A stretch of DNA of 64,000 nucleotides from an uncultured Acidimicrobiales bacterium (lineage in GTDB: Bacteria > Actinomycetota > Acidimicrobiia > Acidimicrobiales > SZUA-35): positions 187,538 through 251,537 of the forward strand of contig CALKTH010000009.1 of assembly GCA_937997485.1 (NCBI GenBank), given 5' to 3'. Positions within the stretch are counted from its first letter, which is position 1, and the number at the start of each line of letters is the position of its first letter. Of the stretch, positions 35,838 through 44,435 are shown one piece after another. A program made the position numbers and the translations under genes. The notes under the pieces were generated by a model, which did not search any database, was not told the origin of the DNA, and saw only the letters and a program-made list of their open reading frames with translations.

Positions 35838-36922
35838 CCATCGACCGGGAGCAGGCTCGTCGCCTGCCGAAGGTCTTGCTCCATGATCATCTCGACGGCG
35901 GCCTCCGCCCGTCCACCATTCTCGATTTGGCCGCCGAGATCGGCCACGAGTTGCCCAGTACCGATCCTGACGAACTCGTGGCGTACTTCCGGCGGGGAGC
36001 GGACGCTCGGGACATTCTTCAGTACCTGGCGACCTTCGCTCACACGGTTCCGCTTCTGCAGACGGCGGATGCGTTGGAGCGGGTGGCTCGAGAGTGTGCC
36101 GAGGATCTGGCTGCTGACGGAGTTGTCTATGCCGAGGTGCGCTTCGCCCCCGAACTGCATGCCCCCGAGGACGGCTCGGGCATGACAGTTGATCAGGCGA
36201 TCACCGCTGTGCTCGCCGGATTCGCCGCCGGTTGCGACGCCACCGGCGGCGCCATCAGCGTGAACACGATCGTGTGTGCGATGCGGACCGAGCATCGCTC
36301 GGTCGAGATCGCCGAAGCCGCCACGCGCTGGGCGCAAGAGCGAGCCGACGGAGCCTCCGGAGTCGTGGCCTTCGATCTCGCCGGGGCCGAGACCGGCTTT
36401 CGACCTTCGGACCACCCCGATGCGCTGGAGCTCGTTCGCTCAACCGGCACACACCTGACCATCCATGCCTCCGAGCCGCCGGGGCTCGATCTGATCGAAG
36501 ATGCGATTCGTTGTGGCGCCGAGCGAGTCGGCCACGGCGTTCGCCTCATCGAGGACTGCAGCGTCGCAGAGGACGGCTCGCTCGAACTCGGGCCGCTGGC
36601 GCAGCGGGTGAAGGAGGCGGGAATTCCGCTCGAGCTCTGTCCGTCGTGCAACGTGCAGATCGGCGCTGTGCCGACGTTGGCTGATCACCCGGTTGGCCCG
36701 TTCTTGCGGGCTGGCATTCGAGCCACGGTGAACACCGACAATCGGCTGATGTCTGGCGTCACCGTGTCGAGCGAGGTTGCCGCGGTGGCCCATGCCTTCG
36801 ATCTCACCATGGCCGAGATCGAGCAACTCCAGCATCATGCAGCAGATGCTGCGTTTCTCGATGCAGACGCCACCATGGCGCTGCACGAGCGGATCACCAG
36901 GGGCTTCGCCGCATCGCAGTAG
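35834..36922 (+). CDS. add: Adenosine deaminase
   Basis: LPKVLLHDHLDGG, FDLAGAE, TIHASE, RVGHG, LELCP, VNTDN; ATG overlaps the permease stop. Confidence 0.92.
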   Translation: MTIDREQARRLPKVLLHDHLDGGLRPSTILDLAAEIGHELPSTDPDELVAYFRRGADARDILQYLATFAHTVPLLQTADALERVARECAEDLAADGVVYAEVRFAPELHAPEDGSGMTVDQAITAVLAGFAAGCDATGGAISVNTIVCAMRTEHRSVEIAEAATRWAQERADGASGVVAFDLAGAETGFRPSDHPDALELVRSTGTHLTIHASEPPGLDLIEDAIRCGAERVGHGVRLIEDCSVAEDGSLELGPLAQRVKEAGIPLELCPSCNVQIGAVPTLADHPVGPFLRAGIRATVNTDNRLMSGVTVSSEVAAVAHAFDLTMAEIEQLQHHAADAAFLDADATMALHERITRGFAASQ

Positions 36923-36933
36923 CCTCAGCCGCT

Positions 36934-37611
36934 ATGAGCACTGCGTACGACACCGCCCCGCGTCTGTCACTGATCTCGACCTCGCTCCAAGCGGGGTCAA
37001 CCGGCATCGTTCGGTCGAGCGGTGTCACCGTGAGCGTGCGGCACCACGAAGGCATGCTGATCACGCCTCGCCACCTTCCGGACAAGGGAATGACGGCCGA
37101 CGACATCGTGTACGTGCACGACACGGGCAAGGCGGACGGCGTTACCGAGCCCGCGCCGGATTGGCGTCTGCACCTCGGCGTGCAAGCCGCTCGATCGGAC
37201 CTGACGGCGCTCCTGCGGGTACAAAGCCCGGCGGCGACGGCGCTGGCCATGCTCCGACGAGATCTTCCCGCTATCCATCCGCTCATCGCGCGCACAGGAG
37301 GCAACGTGGTGCGCTGCACAGACTATGTGCCGCTTCACGAGCCCACCGCGGCCGAACTGGCGCTCGAAGCGCTCGACGGACATCGGGCTTGTCTCCTCGG
37401 AAGCCAAGGCCTGCTGGTCGGCTCGGCAACTCCCGCCGGAGCGTGGCGTCTCGCCGGTGAGCTGGAACAGCTTTGCGATCAGTATCTTCGGGCGCTCGCC
37501 GTCGGCGATCCCGTCATTCTCACCGAGGCGGAACTTGTGGCGGCAACGAGCAGCACGGCAACTGGTGATGCCGACGCTGATGAGTCCATCATCGACCTGT
37601 CGACGCGCTGA
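36934..37611 (+). CDS. Class II aldolase/adducin-fold protein (FucA-like) lacking Zn ligands
   Basis: VSVR..GMLITP, WRLH, SPAATAL, LEQLCDQYL match FucA layout, but HxH is RVQ and the third His is Q. Confidence 0.8.
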   Translation: MSTAYDTAPRLSLISTSLQAGSTGIVRSSGVTVSVRHHEGMLITPRHLPDKGMTADDIVYVHDTGKADGVTEPAPDWRLHLGVQAARSDLTALLRVQSPAATALAMLRRDLPAIHPLIARTGGNVVRCTDYVPLHEPTAAELALEALDGHRACLLGSQGLLVGSATPAGAWRLAGELEQLCDQYLRALAVGDPVILTEAELVAATSSTATGDADADESIIDLSTR

Positions 37612-37614
37612 CGA

Positions 37615-39045
37615 TCACGCCACTGCGGCCTCGTCCTGCATCATCTTCCAGAGCGCTTCGACGTGTCGGCGCTCGGTGGCCGTGACACCAATCGAAACGC
37701 GCACCATCCATTGATCGTTCAGCGTGGCGGTTGACATGAACGCTCTTCCGCTCTCGTTGATGCGGTGCACCCACGCCTGATTGTGGGCATCGAGCTCGGC
37801 GGGAGACCGCACCGAGCCGTCGGCTGTCGGTGGATGGTGGCGGACACACACGGTCTGCAGCGTGAGCGGCGAGACCAGCTCCCAATCAGCGGCCGCCTCC
37901 ACTTGGTCGGCCAACCACTGGGCGTTGGCGAGATCGCGGCGGAGCCGAGTCTGGATGGCCTCAACGCCGTCAAGCTCCAGCTGGAACCAGAGCTTGAGCG
38001 CTCGAAAGCGACGGCCAAGCGGGATGCCCCAGTCTCGGTACTGCGTCACCTCGCCATCGGCCGCCGACTGCAGGTAGGTCGGATTCGTCGACATCACCGC
38101 CGTGAGGTGCGCCGTGTCGCGGAGGTACAGGAGCGAACAGTCGAGAATGGTGCCCATCCACTTGTGCGGGTTCCACGAGATGGAGTCGGCCTGCTCCACG
38201 CCATGCCACAGGTGACGAAGCTCGGGGAGCAACATGCCCGAGCCCGCCATTGCCGCATCCACGTGGAGCCAGACCCGTTCTGAGGTCGTGATCTCGGCGA
38301 TCTCTGCGATCGGGTCGATTGCGGTCACGCCGGTCGAGCCCACGTTGGCGATCACCACGCACGGCCGCTTGCCTGCGGCTCGATCGGCGGCGATGGCTTC
38401 TTGGAGGGAGCGCGGGTCCATCGCTTGGGTCGCTTCGGTGACGTCAACGGTTCGAATGTTTTCCCACCCAAAGCCGGCGAGGAGCGCCGCCTTCGCCACG
38501 GATGAGTGCGCTTGGGCCGTGGTGTAGACGACGAGGGGCTTGGGTTCGGCTTGGAACCCACCCTGGTTCTGGCTCAGTTCGGTGGATCGTTCGCGGGCAA
38601 CAAGCACCGCTGTCAGTGTTCCCGTGCTCGCGGTGTCGGTGATGGTGCCGCTCCACGCATCGCTGAGTCCGGTGAGTTGGCGCATCCAATCGCACACCAC
38701 CTCTTCCACCTCGGTGAGCGACGGACAGCTTTCCCACGAGATTCCGAGACCTCCCAGCCCGGATGACGCAAGGTCACCGAGCACCGAGGAGAGGCTGGCG
38801 TTCGAGGGAAACCAGCCAAAGTGCATCGGATGCTGCACATCCATGACACCGGGCGCAACGTCCCGCTCGAGTGCGGAAAGCAGATCGTCCACCGATGACG
38901 TCGTTGTTGGCGGAGGCCCGAAACGGCTGCGAATGTCACCGGGAGCAACCTGGGCCCGCACCGGGCGGTCCTCGCTGGCCAAGCGGTGGTCCACAATCCA
39001 ATCAATCAGGGCATGACCGGCAACTCTGAACTCCTCGGGCGTCAT
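37615..39045 (-). CDS. PLP-dependent group II decarboxylase (aromatic L-amino-acid decarboxylase-like)
   Basis: AHSSVAKA, WLHVDAAMAG, SWNPHKW, LGRRFRALKLW. Confidence 0.93.
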   Translation of the reverse strand: MTPEEFRVAGHALIDWIVDHRLASEDRPVRAQVAPGDIRSRFGPPPTTTSSVDDLLSALERDVAPGVMDVQHPMHFGWFPSNASLSSVLGDLASSGLGGLGISWESCPSLTEVEEVVCDWMRQLTGLSDAWSGTITDTASTGTLTAVLVARERSTELSQNQGGFQAEPKPLVVYTTAQAHSSVAKAALLAGFGWENIRTVDVTEATQAMDPRSLQEAIAADRAAGKRPCVVIANVGSTGVTAIDPIAEIAEITTSERVWLHVDAAMAGSGMLLPELRHLWHGVEQADSISWNPHKWMGTILDCSLLYLRDTAHLTAVMSTNPTYLQSAADGEVTQYRDWGIPLGRRFRALKLWFQLELDGVEAIQTRLRRDLANAQWLADQVEAAADWELVSPLTLQTVCVRHHPPTADGSVRSPAELDAHNQAWVHRINESGRAFMSTATLNDQWMVRVSIGVTATERRHVEALWKMMQDEAAVA

Positions 39046-39068
39046 GCGACCGGAGCGTACGCCCAGGG

Positions 39069-40043
39069 TCAGACGACAGCGAGTTCGGGTGTACGAGCGC
39101 CCATCAGCGCCTCGCTCAGCAAACCAACCGGATCAGCACCCTCTCGCAGGCGCTGGCGCCATGGGATCTCGAGGCGCTCCAGCAACTCGCAGGCTCGCGC
39201 CCCAGTGCGATAGTGACGTCCGAATTGCAGGTGATCGATCGAAAGTGTTTCCCGCTCGGACGGCTGCGACAGTCGCCGCTCTCGACCGTTGACGAACGAA
39301 TACTGGTTCTCGACGAACCGCGCCGAGCCCTCGATCTGCTCGTTGCCGGGCTCGAGGCGGGCGAGGTCGGGGCGACGGGCATGGCGTCGAGCGCGAACCT
39401 CGAGAAAGCGCTCGGCGAGGAAGAGGCCATCGGCGAGGCTCGGTGCGGTCGCCGCCGCCTCAATGAAGCGAGTTTCCTCGCCGGCGAGTTCTACATCGGT
39501 GGGATCGATCCGGAACGGCACGTTCGGGTCGTAGCCCATCGGAACACGCCAGCCCTCGACGAACAATTGATGCAGGTGGAACGCCTCGTGCACGATGAAG
39601 CGGGCGAACTCGGAGGTACGAACGCACAGGGACGGTGAGTCGATGAGGAGGACCACGCAGTCCTGGCCGGCGATCTCGAGGTCCAGCCGGACCCTGCCCT
39701 CGTCGTCAGCTTCGGGGTGGCCGGACTCGAGGACATCGTCGAGTGACAGGATGGCGGAGGCGTCGAAGAGCTGGACCGTGGACCGCAGAGCGATCGGCAA
39801 CTCGAGTTCCACGGTGGGCGCGCAGTCGGCGACTGCCGGCAGGTTCACAGCGAAGCTGGTCAGCTCGTATCGACCCGCTGCTCGTTCCGTCTCGGTACTC
39901 CGGCGAACCAGCACCATGGGGAGACGGTCCGGGCGGAACTGAGGCGACCAGATGCGAAGGGCGCCGTGGTCGAATGTCTCCTGAATCTCCAGGAGCTGAC
40001 GGAAGGCACAGCGATCAAGGGCAGTCAGCGGCTCACGATGCAT
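39069..40043 (-). CDS. Hypothetical protein with HExxH zincin motif
   Basis: VHEAFHLH plus downstream EGSARFVE; strong GGGAGG RBS before ATG 40043. Confidence 0.65.
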   Translation of the reverse strand: MHREPLTALDRCAFRQLLEIQETFDHGALRIWSPQFRPDRLPMVLVRRSTETERAAGRYELTSFAVNLPAVADCAPTVELELPIALRSTVQLFDASAILSLDDVLESGHPEADDEGRVRLDLEIAGQDCVVLLIDSPSLCVRTSEFARFIVHEAFHLHQLFVEGWRVPMGYDPNVPFRIDPTDVELAGEETRFIEAAATAPSLADGLFLAERFLEVRARRHARRPDLARLEPGNEQIEGSARFVENQYSFVNGRERRLSQPSERETLSIDHLQFGRHYRTGARACELLERLEIPWRQRLREGADPVGLLSEALMGARTPELAVV

Positions 40044-40239
40044 GGTGTCTCCCTCCCTTCGTACCGGCGGCAACGGCAACCTGAAGGGTCACGCAGCGGC
40101 ACAGGACTACAAGTATGGCCAGAAAGTCTGAGTGTTCCCTAAGAGCGTGACAGAAACCCTCCACCGAGGATGTCCCGGTGCGGTGCGACGAGAGCAGATC
40201 GAGTCCGCTAGGGTCCCGTCGACCGAGGAGGAAGTCGCT

Positions 40240-40959
40240 CTGCGAGCACTGGTGATTGAAGACGCCCCAGATATTGCACGGGCGATCAGCACCTGTTTGT
40301 CGCGCCTGGGACTCTCTGTCGACGTGAGCGAGAACGGCTCCGAAGGCATTTGGCGCGCCACTGAAGGGCACTACGCCCTGATCGTGCTCGATCTCATGCT
40401 CCCTGGCATGTCCGGCGAGGCCGTTTGCAAGACGCTTCGTCAGCGTGGTGTGGCCACTCCGATCCTCGTCTTGACCGCCAAAACCGCCGATATCGACGAG
40501 ATCAACGCCTTGACCCTCGGCGCCGACGACTTCATCCGCAAGCCGTTCTCCATCGATGTGTTGGCCGCTCGAGCCACTGCGGTGATGCGCCGAGGTCAGC
40601 CTCGCGAAGAGCCGCCAACCTTTGCCGGTATTCGCTTCGACCCCCACACACATGAGTGCGAAGTCGACGACCGCATCGTCCATCTCACGCCGCGGGAAAC
40701 CCAGGTACTGACCACGCTGATTCATGCCGGACCGCGGCCGGTCAGCAAGACCGAACTCCTGCACTCGGTGTGGGGCCTCGATTTCGAGGGCGATGCGAAC
40801 GTCGTCGACGTCTACATCCGCTATCTCCGACAGAAGTTGGGTTCGGATCGAGTGATCACGATTCCGCGCACTGGCTACCGACTGGCCGAGGCCGCCGATG
40901 TTGCCGGCAGCCCGGACCCATCGACTTCGACCGCCGGTTCCTCGCTCCTCGAGGGCTGA
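40240..40959 (+). CDS. OmpR/PhoB-family response regulator (orphan)
   Basis: ALVIED, IVLDLMLPG, ILVLTAK, GADDFIRKPF, VVDVYIRYLRQK; probable CTG start 8 nt after GAGGAGG. Confidence 0.9.
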   Translation: MRALVIEDAPDIARAISTCLSRLGLSVDVSENGSEGIWRATEGHYALIVLDLMLPGMSGEAVCKTLRQRGVATPILVLTAKTADIDEINALTLGADDFIRKPFSIDVLAARATAVMRRGQPREEPPTFAGIRFDPHTHECEVDDRIVHLTPRETQVLTTLIHAGPRPVSKTELLHSVWGLDFEGDANVVDVYIRYLRQKLGSDRVITIPRTGYRLAEAADVAGSPDPSTSTAGSSLLEG

Positions 40960-41013
40960 TCGGGCCTCTGGCGTCCCCAGACCCAGCGGCCCAGTCGACA
41001 TAGACTCGCCCGC

Positions 41014-41871
41014 ATGACGTTTGAACGAGTGGGAGTGGTCGGAGCCGGTCTGATGGGCTCGGGTATCGCCGAGGTCAGTGCCCGAGCGGGCATGGATGTG
41101 GTGGTGGTTGAGGCCAGCGAGGAAGCAGCGAAGGCAGGCCGAGCCCGGATCGAGAAGTCCCTGGGGCGAGCAGTCAAGGCAGGCAAGCTGGACGGCGACG
41201 AGGAGGTGGCCACGCTCGACCGGCTCCACTTCACCTCGAAGATGGGCGAGCTGGCCGATCGAGAACTCGTGATCGAGGCGATCATCGAGAATGAGAACGC
41301 CAAGGGGTCGGTCTTCCGCAAGCTGGACGAGATCGTGGAGGATCCCCAGGCGATTCTGGCCTCGAACACCTCATCCATTCCTGTGATGAAGTTGGCCATG
41401 GCCACCCGGCGCCCCGAGCAAGTGTTGGGTATCCACTTCTTCAACCCGGTGCCCGTGCTGCACCTCGTCGAGCTGGTGACATCGCTCCACACGTCACAAG
41501 AGACACAGGACCGGGCCACTGCGTATGCGGGAACGCAACTGGGCAAACGGGTGATCAATTCGCAGGACCGAGCCGGTTTCATCGTGAACTCGCTGCTGAT
41601 CCCCTACATCCTGTCGGCCGTGCGAATGTTCGAGTCCGGCTTTGCCAGCAAGGAGGACATCGACCAGGGCATGGTCACCGGTTGCGCCCATCCGATGGGT
41701 CCACTCGCGCTGGCTGACTTGATCGGGCTGGACACCACCATGGCCGTGGCCGAATCGCTCTACGAAGAATTCAAGGAGCAGCTCTACGCTCCCCCGCCGC
41801 TGTTGGCTCGCATGGTGGATGCTGGCCTGCTCGGCCGCAAGACCGGCCGCGGGTTCTACGACTATCAGTAG
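41014..41871 (+). CDS. 3-hydroxybutyryl-CoA dehydrogenase
   Basis: GVVGAGLMGSGIA, IEAIIEN, ASNTSSI, IHFFNP, HPMGPL. Confidence 0.95.
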   Translation: MTFERVGVVGAGLMGSGIAEVSARAGMDVVVVEASEEAAKAGRARIEKSLGRAVKAGKLDGDEEVATLDRLHFTSKMGELADRELVIEAIIENENAKGSVFRKLDEIVEDPQAILASNTSSIPVMKLAMATRRPEQVLGIHFFNPVPVLHLVELVTSLHTSQETQDRATAYAGTQLGKRVINSQDRAGFIVNSLLIPYILSAVRMFESGFASKEDIDQGMVTGCAHPMGPLALADLIGLDTTMAVAESLYEEFKEQLYAPPPLLARMVDAGLLGRKTGRGFYDYQ

Positions 41872-41915
41872 GCGTCACAACCCCAGGCACAGAACGCGAA
41901 CACACACAACGCACA

Positions 41916-41941
41916 CGGGCCACCCCCGCAGGGGTGGCCCG
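41916..41941. terminator. Bidirectional hairpin terminator between convergent genes
   Basis: CGGGCCACCCC-CGCA-GGGGTGGCCCG, 11-bp stem. Confidence 0.8.
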
Positions 41942-41968
41942 TTGCGTTTGCGAGTGGCGAGATGGCGA

Positions 41969-42679
41969 TCAGTCGCGAGCGAAGATGCGCAGGACGTACC
42001 AGAACATGGTCATGAGCGAGCCGAAGAGGGCGACGGCGGCACCGACATAGGCCCACGAGGGGTACTGCCGGATGATGTTCTGGGTCTGGTAGAGAATGGC
42101 GGCCCCGGCGAGACCGATCATGGCGACGCTGAAGATCAGGCCGAGCTGGAAGCCAAAGATGACGCCGGCGACGATGAGGCCGATCGCCGCGATGCCACCC
42201 CACATGATGACCGGGCGGAGGAAGCTGAGATCACGGCGGGTGATGAAGGCAACGAAGGTGAGGGCGGCAAATCCGAGGGCGGTGACGATCGCCGCCCGCC
42301 ACACATCGCCTCCGCCGTCTGCGTTGACGTTGAAGACGTAGAAGAGGAACGGGGCAAAGATCGCTGCCTCGGCGGCAGCGACGCCGAAGAGACCGCCGTA
42401 CTGGGCGGCTGGGTTGTCGAGCTTGGAGACCGCCATCGAGGTGAACCAGTTCACGACGGCGAAACCACCGAGCATGAGGAGCCAGGCAACGCCGCCGGAA
42501 CGGGCGAAGAAGTTGTACATGCCTTCAGCAATGCCGGTCATGAACAGCAGGGTCTCGAAGACGACGAACGCCGCGAGGGCGAGGCCCAGGTGCTGGTAGA
42601 CGCGGACGAGGAACGCGACGCGATCCTCTTCAGGAGCGTTGATAACGGGGGACATCGATGGGGCTTGGGAGTACGCCAT
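41969..42679 (-). CDS. Bax inhibitor-1/YccA-family membrane protein
   Basis: FLVRVYQHL, about 7 TM helices, ILYQTQNI, AAVALFGSLMTMFWYVL; AAGGA RBS before ATG 42679. Confidence 0.9.
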   Translation of the reverse strand: MAYSQAPSMSPVINAPEEDRVAFLVRVYQHLGLALAAFVVFETLLFMTGIAEGMYNFFARSGGVAWLLMLGGFAVVNWFTSMAVSKLDNPAAQYGGLFGVAAAEAAIFAPFLFYVFNVNADGGGDVWRAAIVTALGFAALTFVAFITRRDLSFLRPVIMWGGIAAIGLIVAGVIFGFQLGLIFSVAMIGLAGAAILYQTQNIIRQYPSWAYVGAAVALFGSLMTMFWYVLRIFARD

Positions 42680-42768
42680 GACGTGGTGTCCTTTCGGGTG
42701 GCGGACTGACAGCGGCAATTCTGCACAGACAATGGTTCCAAACGCACGATGCAGCGCGAGAGTTCCCG

Positions 42769-42799
42769 TTCTCAGTAATTCTCACAATGACGCTATGCT
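42769..42799 (+). promoter_or_regulatory. TTCTCA-N4-TTCTCA direct repeat plus TATGCT -10 upstream of the fur-family gene
   Basis: TGAGAA-like Fur half sites at 42769-42774 and 42779-42784; -10 at 42794-42799, 6 nt before the ATG. Confidence 0.5.
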
Positions 42800-42805
42800 G
42801 ACCGG

Positions 42806-43270
42806 ATGTCGGAACCTCGACCCCACGATGCAGCGACCGCTTCGGAGATCTTCGATGCAGCAAAGACCATGCTGGGTGCCGCTGATCAGCGGTACACGAG
42901 GAATCGCCAGCTGATCGTGCGGACGCTGCACGACGCCGATGGTCCCCGCACGATTGGTGATCTCTTGGAGGCCACGCCAGGCCTTGCCCAGAGCTCGGCC
43001 TACCGCAATCTGGCGGTGTTGGAAGAGGTAGGCGTCATCCACCGCATCGTGACGGCAGATGATCACGCTCGCTTCGAACTCACCGAAGCGATCACCGGGG
43101 CGCACCACCATCACCTGGTCTGCCGGGGCTGCGGCGAGGTGTTCGACATTGCGCTCAGCGACTCACTGGAAGAGCAGATCCACGAGGAACTGGCCCAACG
43201 AGCGAGTGAGCGCGACTTCGACGGTGAGCATCACCGCATCGATCTCGTTGGCACCTGCGCTCACTGCTGA
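42806..43270 (+). CDS. Fur-family regulator (Zur/Fur-like)
   Basis: RYTRNR, SAYRNL, HHHHLVCRGCG, GTCAHC. Confidence 0.92.
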   Translation: MSEPRPHDAATASEIFDAAKTMLGAADQRYTRNRQLIVRTLHDADGPRTIGDLLEATPGLAQSSAYRNLAVLEEVGVIHRIVTADDHARFELTEAITGAHHHHLVCRGCGEVFDIALSDSLEEQIHEELAQRASERDFDGEHHRIDLVGTCAHC

Positions 43271-43286
43271 CCCCTGTTCCCAGGGG
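43271..43286. terminator. Short hairpin between convergent fur and selenoprotein genes
   Basis: CCCCTG-TTCC-CAGGGG. Confidence 0.45.
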
Positions 43287-43300
43287 ACCCCTTCCTCCTC

Positions 43301-44374
43301 CTAAAGGTCGGGAACGACCTGGTAGTGCTCACCGCCACCGAGGGCGAGCACGTCGTCGAGCCAGGACGTGCCGTAGAGCTCGGTTTCCTGGGCCATGTCG
43401 GAGGGTTCGCCCTCGGGTGTGGTCTCGAGCGTCCAGGCTTGCCGCTTGTAGGTCCAATTCTCTCGATGCAGCGCGTGGGCCCGCTTCCACCAGGGAATGG
43501 CGGCCTCCCGCCCTTCAACGCGGAAGAGATGCTGCCCCATTTCGAAGCAGGCTGCGGCTTCGGCGTGTTCGAGAGGCCGGGGCGCCGCTCGTGCAATGAC
43601 GTCATCGGGTGAGAGGGCAAAGCGGCTCGCTGCCCCGTTGGCGACCCAATCGGCAATAGCCGCCCGGTAGTCGAGCCCGATGTCAGGCATCTTCTTCAGT
43701 TCGGTGAGCGCAATCTTCATGCGCTCCGGGAAGTCGTCCTGGATCTCGATCTTTTGGTACTCGCTGGCCGTGATGGATGCTGCCTCGGCCGGTCGAACCA
43801 TGGTGCCGGTCTCATCGATCCAGACCGCCATGGGCACGTTGGAGATCCCCAGCAGCTCATCGACCAGGTGTGCGGAGTCGACCAGCGCTGGATGCGTAGG
43901 TGCTGCGATCTCGATCCAGTGGCGTGCCTGTTCCGGCTGGAGATCGAGCGCAACCGTGACGACGCTGAGACCCTGCGCTTCGAACTCTTCATGCAGTGCC
44001 TGCCACCCGGGCAGGCTGGTGCGGCAGCCTCACCAGGACGCCCATGCGACGAGCAGAACCTTTCGTCCATGGAGGGCGGAAAGCGAGAAGGGATTGCCGT
44101 CGATGTCGGGGAGGACGATCTCTGGCACTTGTGCCGTGGTGAGCGCTGTGCCGCCGCTTTCGGGGCCCAGGGCGTGCAGGCCTCGTTCTTCGTCGGTGAT
44201 CAGAGGCATGCGAAGCCTGGCTGCCGCTGCCGTGACATCGAGATGGCCGGTGGGCAGCACGACGTCGGGAGCGGGGACGCATTGGGCTCCCTTGCAGAGG
44301 CCTTCGGGTTTGGGGTCCCAGCCGGTGCGGCTGGCGAACACCGCAGGGTCGACCTCGAGCGATTCCAGGATCAT
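43301..44374 (-). CDS. Probable selenoprotein, ResA/TlpA-like thioredoxin fold with WASW-U-G-C motif (357 aa, Sec115)
   Basis: Track ORFs 44030..44794 and 43301..43837 are in frame and separated only by TGA 44032..44030; read-through gives LLVAWASWUGCRTSLPGWQALHEEFEAQGLSVVTVALD. Confidence 0.88.
43998..44016 (-). other. SECIS-like hairpin
   Basis: GCCUGCC-CGGGU-GGCAGGC starting 13 nt after the UGA; loop begins 20 nt after the UGA and has G at loop position 2. Confidence 0.75.
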
Positions 44375-44435
44375 GAGGGCACGGTACACGGACGACCCCC
44401 GCCGTCTGAAAGCGAATGTGGTGCACACTGCATCG

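Noticed and set aside
43680-44435. 775-aa ligase with a long N-terminal extension (and the 44375-44794 extension of the opposite ORF)
   Set aside because: Each extension is antisense to the other real gene; ligase homology starts at ATG 44436 and the selenoprotein at ATG 44374
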